Notes under the pieces: generated by a model
The model's input: the letters and a program-made list of their open reading frames with translations, nothing else
What the model was told of the DNA's origin: nothing
The model's database searches: none
Part shown: piece by piece, positions 9,630-21,389 of the stretch
How positions within the stretch are numbered: the first letter of the stretch is position 1
How the letters are laid out: the number at the start of each line of letters is the position of its first letter
Program-made: the position numbers and the translations under genes
Virus record (IMG/VR): IMGVR_UViG_3300025141_000077
Coordinates: 712 to 64,711 of that record
Source: a virus
Lineage: Duplodnaviria > Caudoviricetes
Length of the DNA stretch: 64,000 nt
Reading direction: 5' to 3' (one strand)

Positions 9630-12377
9630 ATGGCTGGATATCTAGGCACGCTGTTTATGGCAAACGTGGGAATGCGTTTATTGCTTCCCCCTCAATCAGA
9701 GTTTACTAAAGCTGCCAGTAATTTTGGCGGAATGGTTAACAAAATAAGAGGATATCAACAAAAATATTTTAACCAAGCTGGAGCTCAGAATCTTTCTAGT
9801 TTAAGAAGTACATTAAGTAAAAGTGCTTCATTAGCTGACCAATATGCTAAAAAACAAACCAGTGGTACTTTAAGACAACTTAATACTCAATTAACTAAGA
9901 TACACAGTCTTACACAATCAAAAACTAAAAGTATAATGGGTCGTATAACTGGCGCAAATACGGCTGCACAAAATTTTAGAGGAGCGTTTGGGAAACCTCT
10001 TCCAACTCAAATTTTTAAAGGAGCAGGAACAACCTTTGCAAAAAGATATGCTACGGATTTGAGACTGCTAGAGAATCATATGAAACAAGTTGAAGTACGC
10101 GGCGCTGCTATGACTCAAGCTATATCTAATGGAGCAGACCAATTGAGTCGAATGGGAGGAACTATGTTGGGTATTTTCCGTCAAGGATTAGCGACTAGTG
10201 TTACACTGTTAACCACTCTTGGTTATACTATTAAGGGATTATCCTCAGATTTTGCTCAATTTGAAGAAGAATTAATTAATGCTAACTCGATATGGCAAGA
10301 ACAAAACGATGTATTATATTCTATCTCAGACCAAGTTGTAAAATTTGGTGAAGATTATGGTGTAGCGTATGACAATGCAGCACGTGTTCTTTATCAATTT
10401 GCTTCCGCAGGTTTAGAAGCAGCTGAAGCTCAAGCTGTTTTAAAAGATGTTTTAATATTAACTATGGCTGTACAGGGAGATGCTAATACTATTGGTAAAT
10501 TAACTGTTCAGACAATTAAAGGTTTTGGACTTGAAATGTCCGATGCGGGTGTGGTAACAGATAAGTTTGCTCACGCTATTAACGCTTCTTTAATTGAGTA
10601 TCAAGATTTGGCTGCTGCTATCAAGTTCGCTTTACCTTTCTATGCTGCTACTAATCAGAACTTAGACCAATTGTTAGGTTCTATTCAGATATTGACTGAC
10701 CGTGCTTTAGAAGCTGGTATTGCAGGTCGTGGTTTACGACAGGCACTTGCAGAATTTGCTGAAGGTGCTGAAGATGCAACCCGAAAATTTTCAGAGATGG
10801 GAGTAAAGGTGGTTGACGCAGAAGGTAATTTCCTTCAGATGACAGAGATTGCACGTAATTTTTCAAATGCAATAGGAACAGAGATAGCTAATGACACTGA
10901 ATTATTAACATCTTTGATTGAGGACTTAAACATACGTGGTGCTACCGCGTTTATTCACTTGGTCCAGAACGTAGATGAGTTCGAACAGGCAGTGGCTGAA
11001 TTAGCTAATTCACAGGGAGCAGCTAACGAAATGGCAATCATTCAGCAAGGTTCTTTGAGTATGCAAATTCAATTGTTACGTAATGCGGCCAAAGAAGTAT
11101 TTTACCTTTCTGATGCACAATATACAGCTAACGGTTATATGAATGAGTTTGACTTTAGACTTAAATCTTTAGTGGAGAGTTTTACAGAATTATTTATTAT
11201 AGAATTACCTGATGGTTCAAAAGAGTTAACTGATTTTGCTTATAATATACGTGAATTAGTTATAGAATCATTAGAAGGATTTGAATCTGTAATGGAAGAT
11301 TTAGTTAAAGGTATAATTAATATGAGTAACGAAGGGTATAATTTAGAAAAGATGGCTAGAACACTTTTTGTACCTATTGATATGCTTACTTCCGGTTTTA
11401 TAATGATGGACAATGTATTAGGACGTTTCGGTAGTGACGGTGGACTTATCTTAAAATTTGCTTTATTACAAAGAATGTTTGGTACTACTGCTGCTGTAGC
11501 TTTTACTCTTTCTGACGCTTTAACACAATTGTTTCAAAAATTAGAAACTATAGGAGATGTTGTTGGAGTATTATTATTATTAGCTAGTATTATCCCTACT
11601 GGAGGAGGTAGTGCAATGGTACTTGGTGGAACTCGAGGTGCTGCTATGGCTGGTAGTAAAATAGCTACTAAAAAAGCTGGACAGAAATACGTCGGTGGTC
11701 GTGTTGGTACTGAAGCTGCAGGACGTGGACTTCGTGGTTCTCGGGCACCCGGTTATAGAAATATTTATGATGACCCAGATTACCGGATGGGTATAGATAA
11801 AATTAACAGGAAATATCCACAAACCAAAGCTTGGGAACAAGGTCACAAACCAGCAATAACCTATGATGAATATCTAGAACAATCGCTACAAAGTTATGGA
11901 CGAGGTAAACCATTGGCGGACCCTACTAGGAGAGGCCCTTCCCAATTGATATATAATCAAAAATTAGGAAAATGGGCACCTCAAGCTGAGTTTACGATGT
12001 CACCGAGTAACTTACTACCTGCTATATATAGAGGGGAAGATATGTATGCAGCAACGTACGGTACAGAAAAGATGATAAGAACTAAAGCTGGGTTCGCGAG
12101 GCAACGGGCACTTTTAGATTTCCAACATTCATACGCACAACAACGCGGTGCTCGTAGGATGTTTTATGGAGGAATGGGAATGTACACAGGATATCAGACT
12201 GCTTGGGGTTTCCAAGGAGGAGGACAAAACTATGCACATAGTCCTATGATGGCACAATTAGATAGTAGTAGTAACCTTTCCGGAGTGGGAGGGCAAGATT
12301 TATATATCAACAACGCTAACATTTCTACTAGTAACTTCCAAGACTTGTTTTACAACAGTGACCAATTAGGAGGGTAA
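9630..12377 (+). CDS. Tape measure protein (TP901-like core)
   Basis: Ala-rich helical protein with LYQFASAGL, DKFAHAINAS and AGRGLRQAL motifs plus hydrophobic segments. Confidence 0.9.
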   Translation: MAGYLGTLFMANVGMRLLLPPQSEFTKAASNFGGMVNKIRGYQQKYFNQAGAQNLSSLRSTLSKSASLADQYAKKQTSGTLRQLNTQLTKIHSLTQSKTKSIMGRITGANTAAQNFRGAFGKPLPTQIFKGAGTTFAKRYATDLRLLENHMKQVEVRGAAMTQAISNGADQLSRMGGTMLGIFRQGLATSVTLLTTLGYTIKGLSSDFAQFEEELINANSIWQEQNDVLYSISDQVVKFGEDYGVAYDNAARVLYQFASAGLEAAEAQAVLKDVLILTMAVQGDANTIGKLTVQTIKGFGLEMSDAGVVTDKFAHAINASLIEYQDLAAAIKFALPFYAATNQNLDQLLGSIQILTDRALEAGIAGRGLRQALAEFAEGAEDATRKFSEMGVKVVDAEGNFLQMTEIARNFSNAIGTEIANDTELLTSLIEDLNIRGATAFIHLVQNVDEFEQAVAELANSQGAANEMAIIQQGSLSMQIQLLRNAAKEVFYLSDAQYTANGYMNEFDFRLKSLVESFTELFIIELPDGSKELTDFAYNIRELVIESLEGFESVMEDLVKGIINMSNEGYNLEKMARTLFVPIDMLTSGFIMMDNVLGRFGSDGGLILKFALLQRMFGTTAAVAFTLSDALTQLFQKLETIGDVVGVLLLLASIIPTGGGSAMVLGGTRGAAMAGSKIATKKAGQKYVGGRVGTEAAGRGLRGSRAPGYRNIYDDPDYRMGIDKINRKYPQTKAWEQGHKPAITYDEYLEQSLQSYGRGKPLADPTRRGPSQLIYNQKLGKWAPQAEFTMSPSNLLPAIYRGEDMYAATYGTEKMIRTKAGFARQRALLDFQHSYAQQRGARRMFYGGMGMYTGYQTAWGFQGGGQNYAHSPMMAQLDSSSNLSGVGGQDLYINNANISTSNFQDLFYNSDQLGG

Positions 12378-12383
12378 TGAAAT

Positions 12384-15300
12384 ATGAAGACGATAATAAC
12401 TAAACCCAATACTTTCTATGTGAAGAAAGATGTAGTAGATGATGTTGGAATTATTCCTGCTTATGCTGATGCATATGTTGGGATGAGTGCTACTTATGAT
12501 ATTAAAAGTAACCCAGACACTTCTTTTTATTTAGCAGAAGCTAATACAGTTTCGGAAGATGATTTTGTATATGGTGAAGGAACTATTAAAGAAATATATC
12601 TCTCTGTATATACTAACGCCTTAACTCAAAGTAATCCTCAAACATCAAATTGGCTAGATGTTTTTTCTATTAAACCCAATATAGATATAACAGAAGGGAA
12701 TATGACCATTGCTAGTGGAAACTTTGGTGGTCAGACTTTATTTTATAATAGTCAAAATGGTGATAATACTTGGATGATGGAAGATTTTGATGGTCGTAAT
12801 AAAGCTTTTATGGATGTACCTTTACGAACTAAGAAAATTGTAGCTTTGTATCAAGGGGGATTAATGATTAACTATGGTACATTATTAGATATAGCATATG
12901 AAACCAATAGGAGGGCCGATGAAGATGATGTCACTTGGTATGACCCACTCACGAATATTGGGGAAGAACTTGGTCAAATAGCTAATTGGAGTGCTTATTA
13001 TCTCGGAGTTGCTCAACACGCCACACAGTCATACATATCTGAAGGATTATTTGGCCCTGAGTCTAGACTAAATACTGACTGGTCTTTGACTAAAGCTGCT
13101 GATGGACAGTGGGTAGTAGGGCCTATAATGGGTACGGATTATTGGGCTGAAAGTACATCATATGCAAAAAGATTAAAAGATATTAAGAAGCCTGCTACTT
13201 GGTGGTTAGAAAAAGGAGCCTTCTGGGAACAAGGTGTATTTTTTGCAAATCCGGGAGGTAAGGGCGATTATAATGTATATGATGAAACTTTTGTAGCTAG
13301 AGCTACACAAGATAATACTATTTTTTCTGATACTTTTGAATCTGCTAATGTAAGAGATATAAAAGACCAATCATTAGAAGGACCCGGTGATACTCCAACT
13401 TTTATTTCATATTCCTATATGAATTTAGTAAATGCAGAATCCCCTTCGGACGGTCTTTGTTTACGTATGAAATCTTTTTGGGAAAATTATAGTGGTAGTC
13501 AAACAGGCGTTAATGCTTGGAATACTGCTGCTCCTTTTGGAAGGTACTTAAGAACAGATAATAATGATAACATACAAGCTTATCCTCAAGTAGTACACGC
13601 TTCTATTTATGGTATACCTCAACCTACCCCAATTGATATTACTACTTCAGGAACAGGTTTCCCTGCTTATGCTCCTGAGATTGAAATGGTTTTTAAGATA
13701 AATCGGATGGATGTAAGTACTTACATAGGAAGTGGTACAGGTGCTGGTGAAGGTGTAGGAGAAGCAGTAGGCCAACATCTAAGTATGGATAGGAGTTTTA
13801 ATATTATATTTAATGACGATGCACCAATATCTGCTGATGGAGGAAGTGCTGTAAATAGTTTATATGAAGCTTCAAAATATTGGACAGTTCCATTTATGAA
13901 AGGGACCACCGAATATAGTATGGCCCGAAATATGTCTCCTTGGATTAGTATAGTAAATAAAAGTGATGATGATAGTAATGCCACAGTTTACACAAATGCG
14001 GCTATATATCAAGATTCACGACTAATTAATAAAGGTGGAAGTAATTTATATTACGGAGAAACTGTAGATAATGGTGGCATACTAAGTGACGCATCTGCTT
14101 ACAGGACCACAATACCTATCGGAGAATGGGTAACAATGCGTATCAAACTTAATATGTTTAATGCATCTAGTAATACAGGTATGAGTTACTATCCTAATAT
14201 AAGTGGTGGCTCGAGTTTAGTTTATTTCCCCGATTTGGCTGACGAAAATGGACAGATGAAATATGCTGTACTGGCTCACGGGCAACCTTGGGGTGAAAAT
14301 GCTTGGGCTCCTACTGGACGAGGAGGAAGATATATTTTCGGATTGGACACTTACTATTGGTCTGGAAATGCAGCTCATTACCCTAATATGACTTTATGGT
14401 CACAGAATATGAGGTCTATCAATGAAATACCAAGTGGGTATGATAAAACTGATATAAATAATGGTTATACTAAAGTTGATTCACCGATAAGTGATGATAA
14501 AGTAGTTGATATTTTAGTAGATAGTATATCTTTTAATAATTGGGGACCTATAACAACTAATGCGAGTATTTGTACCCCTAACGGTATGGGACAGTTGACC
14601 GCTATACCGGCGGGTAACTTTGTAACACCTGTCAAATATCCGGGTGGTCCTGCTCCAGCTGACCCTTATACGGGTGCTATTTCTGTATATCCTGAAGGAA
14701 GTGGCTCTAATACTGTAGATAATTATTATGGAAAAGCTTCTTCTCCTACTGCTTCTTATATGTCATTTGGGTTTGCTTCTTCAGGTACTCTTGCTGATAA
14801 TACTCCTCATCCATTTTTGTTAAATAATTTTAGTGTAGGAGTAGAAGAAACTGTTACACCTATTACAATGGTTTCTGGAGGATATTTCACTAGTGGTAAT
14901 TACTTAGGAACCTTTGGTCAAAATTACCAAAACAATTGGTTTAGTAATTTGACAGTAGGAGACAATACTAAAAATTTAAATATTACAGGAGATACAAATT
15001 CTATAGATGGTTTCGTTCAAAAAGGTACAATGACGATTAGTGGTGCATTTACTGGTTGGGTAAAGACAGGTAACCCAATAATAGCAGCTAAAATTATATC
15101 TTTATCAGATAGTAAAACTAGCATTATTGTTGACAAACCAGAACTGTTTGATATTCCTTTAAATACCCCCCTCTGCGTAGAGCTTAATAATACTGATTAT
15201 GCTCATAAAGCTGCGGGTACAGGGTCTATAGGATATTATGATGTGGGGCCTAATACAGAACCTCTTGTTCAAACTAGAACAAGACAAGGTAATACTATCT

Positions 15301-17048
15301 TTTTATCTCGACCAATTTATGAGGACGATGCCCAAAGTCCCGGTCTAGGAGTATGGAATTTTGATTTTAATCCAACAAGGAACTCGTCAGTTTCTACTGC
15401 ATTAGACCTTTCAGGATTTTATAATCAATACTGGTGGGGTAATTACAATGCAACCAAAGCTACCATTAGTCCTTATCAATATTGGACTAATATAGCTATG
15501 ATAAATATGTCTTCTTCGGCAGGATGGGGCTCGTGGTTTGCTGATACAATAGCTAGTGGTAATAGAACTCTACAAACACGTGCTTATGATGGTATTGTGG
15601 CTGTTTCTGGAGGTTCTACTGCTGGAACTACTTTTAATGAGATACTATTTAACGATGGGACTTATGCAAATAAATGGGATATAAGTTTTACAGACCCCGC
15701 AAACACAATAGTAAATTTAAATACTGATTTTGGATATGGAGCGATTAATAGTACAAATAATCCAGATACTGTACCAGATAGTGATGGTGGACTGGGTAGA
15801 ATGGGAAGAGACTACGTTGTATTAGGACAAAATTATTTTAATTTAAGTAGTTTTGTATACACTACTAAACCAGAGTTTAATACCCCATTTAATTTCCTTC
15901 TAAAACCTACATATATGAATATGTTTGATTCTTTGTATAATTGTAATGTTAATACGGGTGATGCTACTACTAATCCTCTTCAGGTTATTTATGGAATTAA
16001 AGACCCATTACCTGATATTGACGATTTCGAAGTTAGTCCTTCGGTTGATATTTTAAGGTATGATAATCCAGTTGATATCGGAAAGGCCACTAAAGCTCAA
16101 GCAACCGATTTAAACTTCCAATGGAAAGAATCAGGAGATGATATTAATTATAGATTATTATTTGTGGATACAGAATTAATTGAAAATAAATATCATAAAG
16201 CAATTTGTATAATACCTCTTAATGAAACTACAAGTACAAGCCCTCCTACACATTATAGGAGTGTAAGTAAGTATTTAACTAATACAGGGGTGACCTTTTC
16301 GGGTAGTAATAATACCCCAGACATTGAAGGAGCACAGGGATGGGCACTCAAACTAGATGGAACTGATTATATAGGCACTTCTGGTAGTTACGCTGGAACT
16401 GCTTATAAAAATTTCTTAAGATTAATACCTAATAGTGGTGATAAGTTTACTCATATTTTTCATCTTAAACCTTCTGCGAGTGGTACTTTCTTTAGTGCTA
16501 CTGGAAATACAAATTTAACAACTGGAACTCCTTTAGTTTGGCAATATGAGATATCTTCTTCTAAAGTTAAAATGAAGGTAGGTACTTCAGGAGCAACGCC
16601 TACATTAACCAGTACTACATCTTATAATTTAGACGGAATAGAACCTTTAGCTGTCGTTTTAACTTTTAATAATAATCTTCAAAATAATAATTTTAAATTA
16701 TATGTTAACGGTAAACTAGAAGATACTTTAGACTACACTGACACAATAAATTTACAAAGTGGTCCCGGAGGGTATTTCCAATCTATTATAGGAGCTAATT
16801 CAGATGGTAGTCATAAATATACTGGTTTTATAGAAGAAATTAGTTTCCACGAGGTTGAGGCTTATATACCTCAGAACAATAATAAATACACGTTACCTAC
16901 TGCACACTTAGCTGATATGAGTAGTAGTACAAGTAATAAATATCAAGCTCGGATGTTCTTATTCGATTATCATAATATAAGGGGAACATCCCCTACTCAA
17001 GTATGTAGAAGCAACACTACATCTTGGAAATGGACGGGGGTACCTTAA
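12384..17048 (+). CDS. Large tail tip/baseplate protein with C-terminal LamG domain
   Basis: 1554 aa, beta-rich, FKLYVNGKLED...YTGFIEEISF; follows the tape measure gene. Confidence 0.7.
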   Translation: MKTIITKPNTFYVKKDVVDDVGIIPAYADAYVGMSATYDIKSNPDTSFYLAEANTVSEDDFVYGEGTIKEIYLSVYTNALTQSNPQTSNWLDVFSIKPNIDITEGNMTIASGNFGGQTLFYNSQNGDNTWMMEDFDGRNKAFMDVPLRTKKIVALYQGGLMINYGTLLDIAYETNRRADEDDVTWYDPLTNIGEELGQIANWSAYYLGVAQHATQSYISEGLFGPESRLNTDWSLTKAADGQWVVGPIMGTDYWAESTSYAKRLKDIKKPATWWLEKGAFWEQGVFFANPGGKGDYNVYDETFVARATQDNTIFSDTFESANVRDIKDQSLEGPGDTPTFISYSYMNLVNAESPSDGLCLRMKSFWENYSGSQTGVNAWNTAAPFGRYLRTDNNDNIQAYPQVVHASIYGIPQPTPIDITTSGTGFPAYAPEIEMVFKINRMDVSTYIGSGTGAGEGVGEAVGQHLSMDRSFNIIFNDDAPISADGGSAVNSLYEASKYWTVPFMKGTTEYSMARNMSPWISIVNKSDDDSNATVYTNAAIYQDSRLINKGGSNLYYGETVDNGGILSDASAYRTTIPIGEWVTMRIKLNMFNASSNTGMSYYPNISGGSSLVYFPDLADENGQMKYAVLAHGQPWGENAWAPTGRGGRYIFGLDTYYWSGNAAHYPNMTLWSQNMRSINEIPSGYDKTDINNGYTKVDSPISDDKVVDILVDSISFNNWGPITTNASICTPNGMGQLTAIPAGNFVTPVKYPGGPAPADPYTGAISVYPEGSGSNTVDNYYGKASSPTASYMSFGFASSGTLADNTPHPFLLNNFSVGVEETVTPITMVSGGYFTSGNYLGTFGQNYQNNWFSNLTVGDNTKNLNITGDTNSIDGFVQKGTMTISGAFTGWVKTGNPIIAAKIISLSDSKTSIIVDKPELFDIPLNTPLCVELNNTDYAHKAAGTGSIGYYDVGPNTEPLVQTRTRQGNTIFLSRPIYEDDAQSPGLGVWNFDFNPTRNSSVSTALDLSGFYNQYWWGNYNATKATISPYQYWTNIAMINMSSSAGWGSWFADTIASGNRTLQTRAYDGIVAVSGGSTAGTTFNEILFNDGTYANKWDISFTDPANTIVNLNTDFGYGAINSTNNPDTVPDSDGGLGRMGRDYVVLGQNYFNLSSFVYTTKPEFNTPFNFLLKPTYMNMFDSLYNCNVNTGDATTNPLQVIYGIKDPLPDIDDFEVSPSVDILRYDNPVDIGKATKAQATDLNFQWKESGDDINYRLLFVDTELIENKYHKAICIIPLNETTSTSPPTHYRSVSKYLTNTGVTFSGSNNTPDIEGAQGWALKLDGTDYIGTSGSYAGTAYKNFLRLIPNSGDKFTHIFHLKPSASGTFFSATGNTNLTTGTPLVWQYEISSSKVKMKVGTSGATPTLTSTTSYNLDGIEPLAVVLTFNNNLQNNNFKLYVNGKLEDTLDYTDTINLQSGPGGYFQSIIGANSDGSHKYTGFIEEISFHEVEAYIPQNNNKYTLPTAHLADMSSSTSNKYQARMFLFDYHNIRGTSPTQVCRSNTTSWKWTGVP

Positions 17049-19999
17049 TGGGACTAAGCTGGTCGCCTAGTTCGGCAGATGTCTATACTGAAGTATCAGG
17101 AACAATTACTTTCAGTGACGATGACGTGAGTTGGGTGTATGTAGATTGGTCTGATGGTGAGGATAATTCTTTAGAAAAGGCAATTTACCAATGGCATAAG
17201 TTAGATACCGATTCATCTTCTATTACACTATCTCATACATATACTAAAGCTGGGACTTTTTATCCTATGTTTAGAACTGTTAATAGTCAAGGATTTTTAT
17301 CTAAATATTACTATGATAATAATTCTAGTCCTGTCGATTTACCTAAACCACAAGAGCAAGTAACGGGAATTGCTCCTATAACTATATCAGATGGTAATCC
17401 TGTTGCAATAAATCGAATAGAAAATAAACAAGTATTGAGTGGTATTGATAATAATATATTTAACGAAGGGCCAAAGGATTTATATTTTACTGTCCCTCCT
17501 ATACTACCTACTGGAAATGCTTTAGTAGAACCTAGTACTGCGACGTTTATAGTGGATGTAGAAGCCATTGTTCAATATTCTACTAGCACTCCTGCTGGTA
17601 GTGTAGCTAATCCTGAATCAATGGGTGGAGAGACTGTAATTGAGACTATTGCAGGGAATGTAGATTTAAACGCAAGTAAACCCGGAGCTTTGGCTGCTGT
17701 GCCTTTAACAGTTACTGAGGGGAAAATACTTGAAGTACTTAGTGTCAAATTACGAAATCCTAAATTAGTTAAGTCTAGCGTTTATACTAATACTTTAATC
17801 AACGATTATAATAAAATTAAGATATTTTTAATTGCAAAAAGTAATGATGGTTTATGGTACCCAATTACTTATGTAAGTAATGGAGACCCTATCAAGTCTA
17901 TTGATGATGTTAAAAGAACTGTTACGTTAGATTTTTCACAAAGTAGGGCAAGAGCTTCCAATAAATCTATTTCTTATTATAGATATTCTGATGGTAAGGC
18001 CTTTTGGGAACCTACTGTTCAATGGCAAGTAAGTAGTAGTACTAAATTTAATGATAATACTAAAACAACAGATACTTTAATTAAAGAAAATTATACATAT
18101 TATACACGTCCGGGTGGATTGTTAGGTAGTGGCGCTACGATTGGAACTCAACCAGTAATGGGAATTTATAGTGGTAATGCCTTTTCTTATGGTAATGCAA
18201 CTGACCTTGCTAATTCTAATAATAGATATATTAGAGACCAATTTGCTTTAAATGAATTTAATCAATTTTATGACCAGTATCATTTAACTCGACTAGAAGC
18301 TGTAAGTGATAGTACAAAATATAGCGGGTTAGATACATTTACTAATGTTTATAGAATAAGACCGACTTTAATTCCTACAGGGGCAGTTGGGCATTACATT
18401 ACTGGCCCTTCCGCTTTACCTCCGTCTACCACAACAGAAACTTCTATTCATACTTCTGGTGCCTATCTAAATGGTAGTGGTAATTACGTTAGCACTCTTA
18501 ATTGGAATGTGGGACCTTTCCAGAATTCTGATGCTACATCTCGAACTGCTTCTGAGTATTTCATTTTAACCAATGATACTAAATTTAATAAAATATTTTT
18601 TAATGCTACTAATTTAGCTACTGATATGGAATCTAACTTACAATCTAATAGTGGCAGTTCGATTGGGGGAGTATATTATTTACGAGTTACTAATGATAAA
18701 TATGATGACAAGTTTACTCAAAAAGCAGAATGGGTACCTCTTAAGTTCGAAGATACGACTAAAGTAGAAAAAGAATATCGAGATACAGATAGTAACACAT
18801 ATGTTACAAAGAGTAATACAATGAGTAAATCTGGGTTTATTCAATTTAATACACCTTCAGATTGGTCTTCTGTACCTTCAATTTCTGGATTAGCTGGAGG
18901 ATATTGGGATGTAACAGGAGGATTTACTCCCGGAGCTGGTTCATCATTAGGAACTTTGTATAGTAATGTTGTTAGTGGATATTACAGTGGGACTACTAAT
19001 TTAACCGACCCTCCCTTTATTGCGTATGTTTTGAGTGGATGTACTGGACTTTCAGATTATACAGGTGACGACATTGGTAAATTTAAATATGTTTTTCATA
19101 TTACTGATACAGCAGCAACAGCAGATGAAGGAAAAGTATGGTGGATTGCATCAAGTAGTGCAGACTGTAGTACATTATATTTAGTTTCTGGAACTTCAAG
19201 TACTATTGCTAGTTCTGTAGATGCTGCAATTACCGGAAATGCAGTTAGAATAAATATTTATGACGTATTTGACGGTGCAAGTAAATTATCAGATGATGGA
19301 GATGCTGCTGGATATCAGAATATTCCCGGCTCAACAGCTTTCCCTTACACTTTCCAAGTAGGAAATCAGGCTGCATTTGTGAGTGAATTAAAGGATAACT
19401 TTTCAGGGTATCCTTTGAAAGTAGTAATATCAGGCGCTGCTAATCATTTCATTTCAGGTAGTGGACAACCCGGTATGCAATTATGGAATATGTTACCCTT
19501 CAATAATGCAAATTCACAAGTAGTAGTTCAAAAAGACAATACTGCTTATGATTTAAGTTATTTAGAAATTACTAGTGATGTATCTGTCACTTATGCAGGA
19601 ACTTATTATCAGGCTATTACTAAAAATGGTAAGGTATTTATAACAAGAACGGGCACACCTATTCAGACTATTAATTTTGGAGGAACTGCATTAGGTGATG
19701 AATCTCAATTTAAATTTAATGCAGAATTTACTTCTTATGGGACACTTAGGTTACTTAAAAGGATACAAGCTGAATCTATTAGAGTGATGTGGGATGAAGT
19801 ACAAAAGGATGGTACATATGTAAGATTCTTTGGATATGTTACTACTATTAGTCAAACCCACAGTGTACAAGGACCTCGTGCTCCTTCACCCTTTGCTTTT
19901 AATATGGTTGTAGAAGAGATATGTATTTTAGATTCTGGAGGGACTTTAATGAGTGATGTTATTCCTTTAGGAGGGATAAAGAGTGCAGCCAATTTCTAG
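17048..19999 (+). CDS. Tail/baseplate protein with N-terminal PKD-like domain and possible Dit-like C-terminus
   Basis: YVDWSDG...SHTYTKAGTFYP PKD pattern; start reassigned to the TAATG overlap at 17048. Confidence 0.65.
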   Translation: MGLSWSPSSADVYTEVSGTITFSDDDVSWVYVDWSDGEDNSLEKAIYQWHKLDTDSSSITLSHTYTKAGTFYPMFRTVNSQGFLSKYYYDNNSSPVDLPKPQEQVTGIAPITISDGNPVAINRIENKQVLSGIDNNIFNEGPKDLYFTVPPILPTGNALVEPSTATFIVDVEAIVQYSTSTPAGSVANPESMGGETVIETIAGNVDLNASKPGALAAVPLTVTEGKILEVLSVKLRNPKLVKSSVYTNTLINDYNKIKIFLIAKSNDGLWYPITYVSNGDPIKSIDDVKRTVTLDFSQSRARASNKSISYYRYSDGKAFWEPTVQWQVSSSTKFNDNTKTTDTLIKENYTYYTRPGGLLGSGATIGTQPVMGIYSGNAFSYGNATDLANSNNRYIRDQFALNEFNQFYDQYHLTRLEAVSDSTKYSGLDTFTNVYRIRPTLIPTGAVGHYITGPSALPPSTTTETSIHTSGAYLNGSGNYVSTLNWNVGPFQNSDATSRTASEYFILTNDTKFNKIFFNATNLATDMESNLQSNSGSSIGGVYYLRVTNDKYDDKFTQKAEWVPLKFEDTTKVEKEYRDTDSNTYVTKSNTMSKSGFIQFNTPSDWSSVPSISGLAGGYWDVTGGFTPGAGSSLGTLYSNVVSGYYSGTTNLTDPPFIAYVLSGCTGLSDYTGDDIGKFKYVFHITDTAATADEGKVWWIASSSADCSTLYLVSGTSSTIASSVDAAITGNAVRINIYDVFDGASKLSDDGDAAGYQNIPGSTAFPYTFQVGNQAAFVSELKDNFSGYPLKVVISGAANHFISGSGQPGMQLWNMLPFNNANSQVVVQKDNTAYDLSYLEITSDVSVTYAGTYYQAITKNGKVFITRTGTPIQTINFGGTALGDESQFKFNAEFTSYGTLRLLKRIQAESIRVMWDEVQKDGTYVRFFGYVTTISQTHSVQGPRAPSPFAFNMVVEEICILDSGGTLMSDVIPLGGIKSAANF

Positions 20000-21008
20000 T
20001 CAAGTTTTTTTAAATGGCACATCCGTTGATTTTTTAACAGCTAACTTAAAGAAACAAGGAGGGAATACAGCAACAGGTTTTAATTTTATTATACCTCAGG
20101 AAGATACTAGTTTCAGAAAGTATTGGAACCAAGAAGTATTATTTTATATTGATAATTCTGATGCGTATCCTACTTTTCGAGGACGTGTTTCTGATACTTC
20201 CTTTGACGGTGATGGGAATTTACAATTTCAATGTGTAGATGCATTAGGATATTTAACTGGTCATTATAAGGCTAGAGTGGTTCTTGATGACACTTCTAAT
20301 ATAGATGGACTGAGTCCCGGTGGTGCTATTGCTAAATTAATTAGAATGGCTAATTTACAAGATATGATAGGTACGGATTATATAGGGAATACCACCCCTG
20401 TTGTGCAAGTAACCCCCCTTAGAGGTACTTATGAGATTTTAGATATTATTAAACTAGTATTAAGTCAATCAATGACTGGAGATACAGTTCCACGAAATAA
20501 TTTAATTCGGGTAATAGATGATGGAGATAAATCTCAATTGATATTTGAATTAAAAAAGGATGTAGAAACAAGTACTTCTATTAAGCATTATACTTATAAT
20601 GATAATATTATTTCCTTTAAAGTAAATGATAGAAAAATACCTACTACTATTGTTGTACAAGGAGCTGGAGGAATTCAGGCCAAATTTAGACATTCTTCTG
20701 CTGCCGCAGCATTAGGAGAGAATTTTTTAAAAGTGACAAATGCTGAATTAGAAAGTAGGGCTGCTTGTATGGATTGGGCACAGAAATTATTTAATGCTAA
20801 TTTAAAAGCTAAATATGAATATATATTAGATACATTTGATGGGTTATATTTAGAACCTAATGATGTAATTACTATTACTGATGATAAGACAGATACTACA
20901 GGTAATTATACAGTTATAGGAAAATCTCTAAGTTGTGGAGCTAATACCTTTAGATTACAATTAACTATTAATAAAAGACCACCAATATTTTCAGAGTTTA
21001 TTCGGTGA
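19983..21008 (+). CDS. Baseplate hub/tail tip protein (gpD/Tal-like)
   Basis: FRGRV..QCVDALGYL..LEPNDVITITD pattern; last late gene. Confidence 0.65.
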   Translation: MQPISSQVFLNGTSVDFLTANLKKQGGNTATGFNFIIPQEDTSFRKYWNQEVLFYIDNSDAYPTFRGRVSDTSFDGDGNLQFQCVDALGYLTGHYKARVVLDDTSNIDGLSPGGAIAKLIRMANLQDMIGTDYIGNTTPVVQVTPLRGTYEILDIIKLVLSQSMTGDTVPRNNLIRVIDDGDKSQLIFELKKDVETSTSIKHYTYNDNIISFKVNDRKIPTTIVVQGAGGIQAKFRHSSAAAALGENFLKVTNAELESRAACMDWAQKLFNANLKAKYEYILDTFDGLYLEPNDVITITDDKTDTTGNYTVIGKSLSCGANTFRLQLTINKRPPIFSEFIR

Positions 21009-21114
21009 AACCTGCTTTTCTTTTAATAGTGGCACAACGAGCACAATATTTTCTACCGTCGTAAGTAGTTATTATAGCTTTTGAAAAACAAATCGGGCAC
21101 TCTATAAATTCCAA
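20998..21114 (-). CDS. Zinc-finger microprotein (38 aa, TTG start; not in ORF track)
   Basis: MEFIECPICFSKAIITTYDGRKYCARCATIKRKAGFTE: two CxxC motifs. Confidence 0.55.
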   Translation of the reverse strand: MEFIECPICFSKAIITTYDGRKYCARCATIKRKAGFTE

Positions 21115-21389
21115 GGTAATCCAAGTCCGGTCTTTCGTGGTTTTTCTTCTCCACCACCAAAAGCTTCAGAACCGCCGGGATTAAGTGTTCTATATCTGAT
21201 AGCTTCGCCCCTAGTATAGGTACCATATTTAAACATAGCATTATTATGTTCTCTACCTGCAATTGCTACTGCTCTTTCGTTAAGTTCTACTTCAGTATAG
21301 GGATGAGGGTCTTCCATACTGTAACCATTGCCTCCGCCATTACGTCCCATTTTGCGTCCGTATCCAGTTACATCAGTTTCATATGTCAC
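21102..21389 (-). CDS. Hypothetical Gly-rich protein
   Basis: Probable GTG start at 21389 after a GGTGA SD, overlapping the RNR end. Confidence 0.55.
   Translation of the reverse strand: MTYETDVTGYGRKMGRNGGGNGYSMEDPHPYTEVELNERAVAIAGREHNNAMFKYGTYTRGEAIRYRTLNPGGSEAFGGGEEKPRKTGLGLPWNL

Noticed and set aside
997-17568. Short antisense and out-of-frame ORFs within structural genes (also 58789-62997 and 63756-63953)
   Set aside because: Shadow ORFs of long, well-supported coding sequences.
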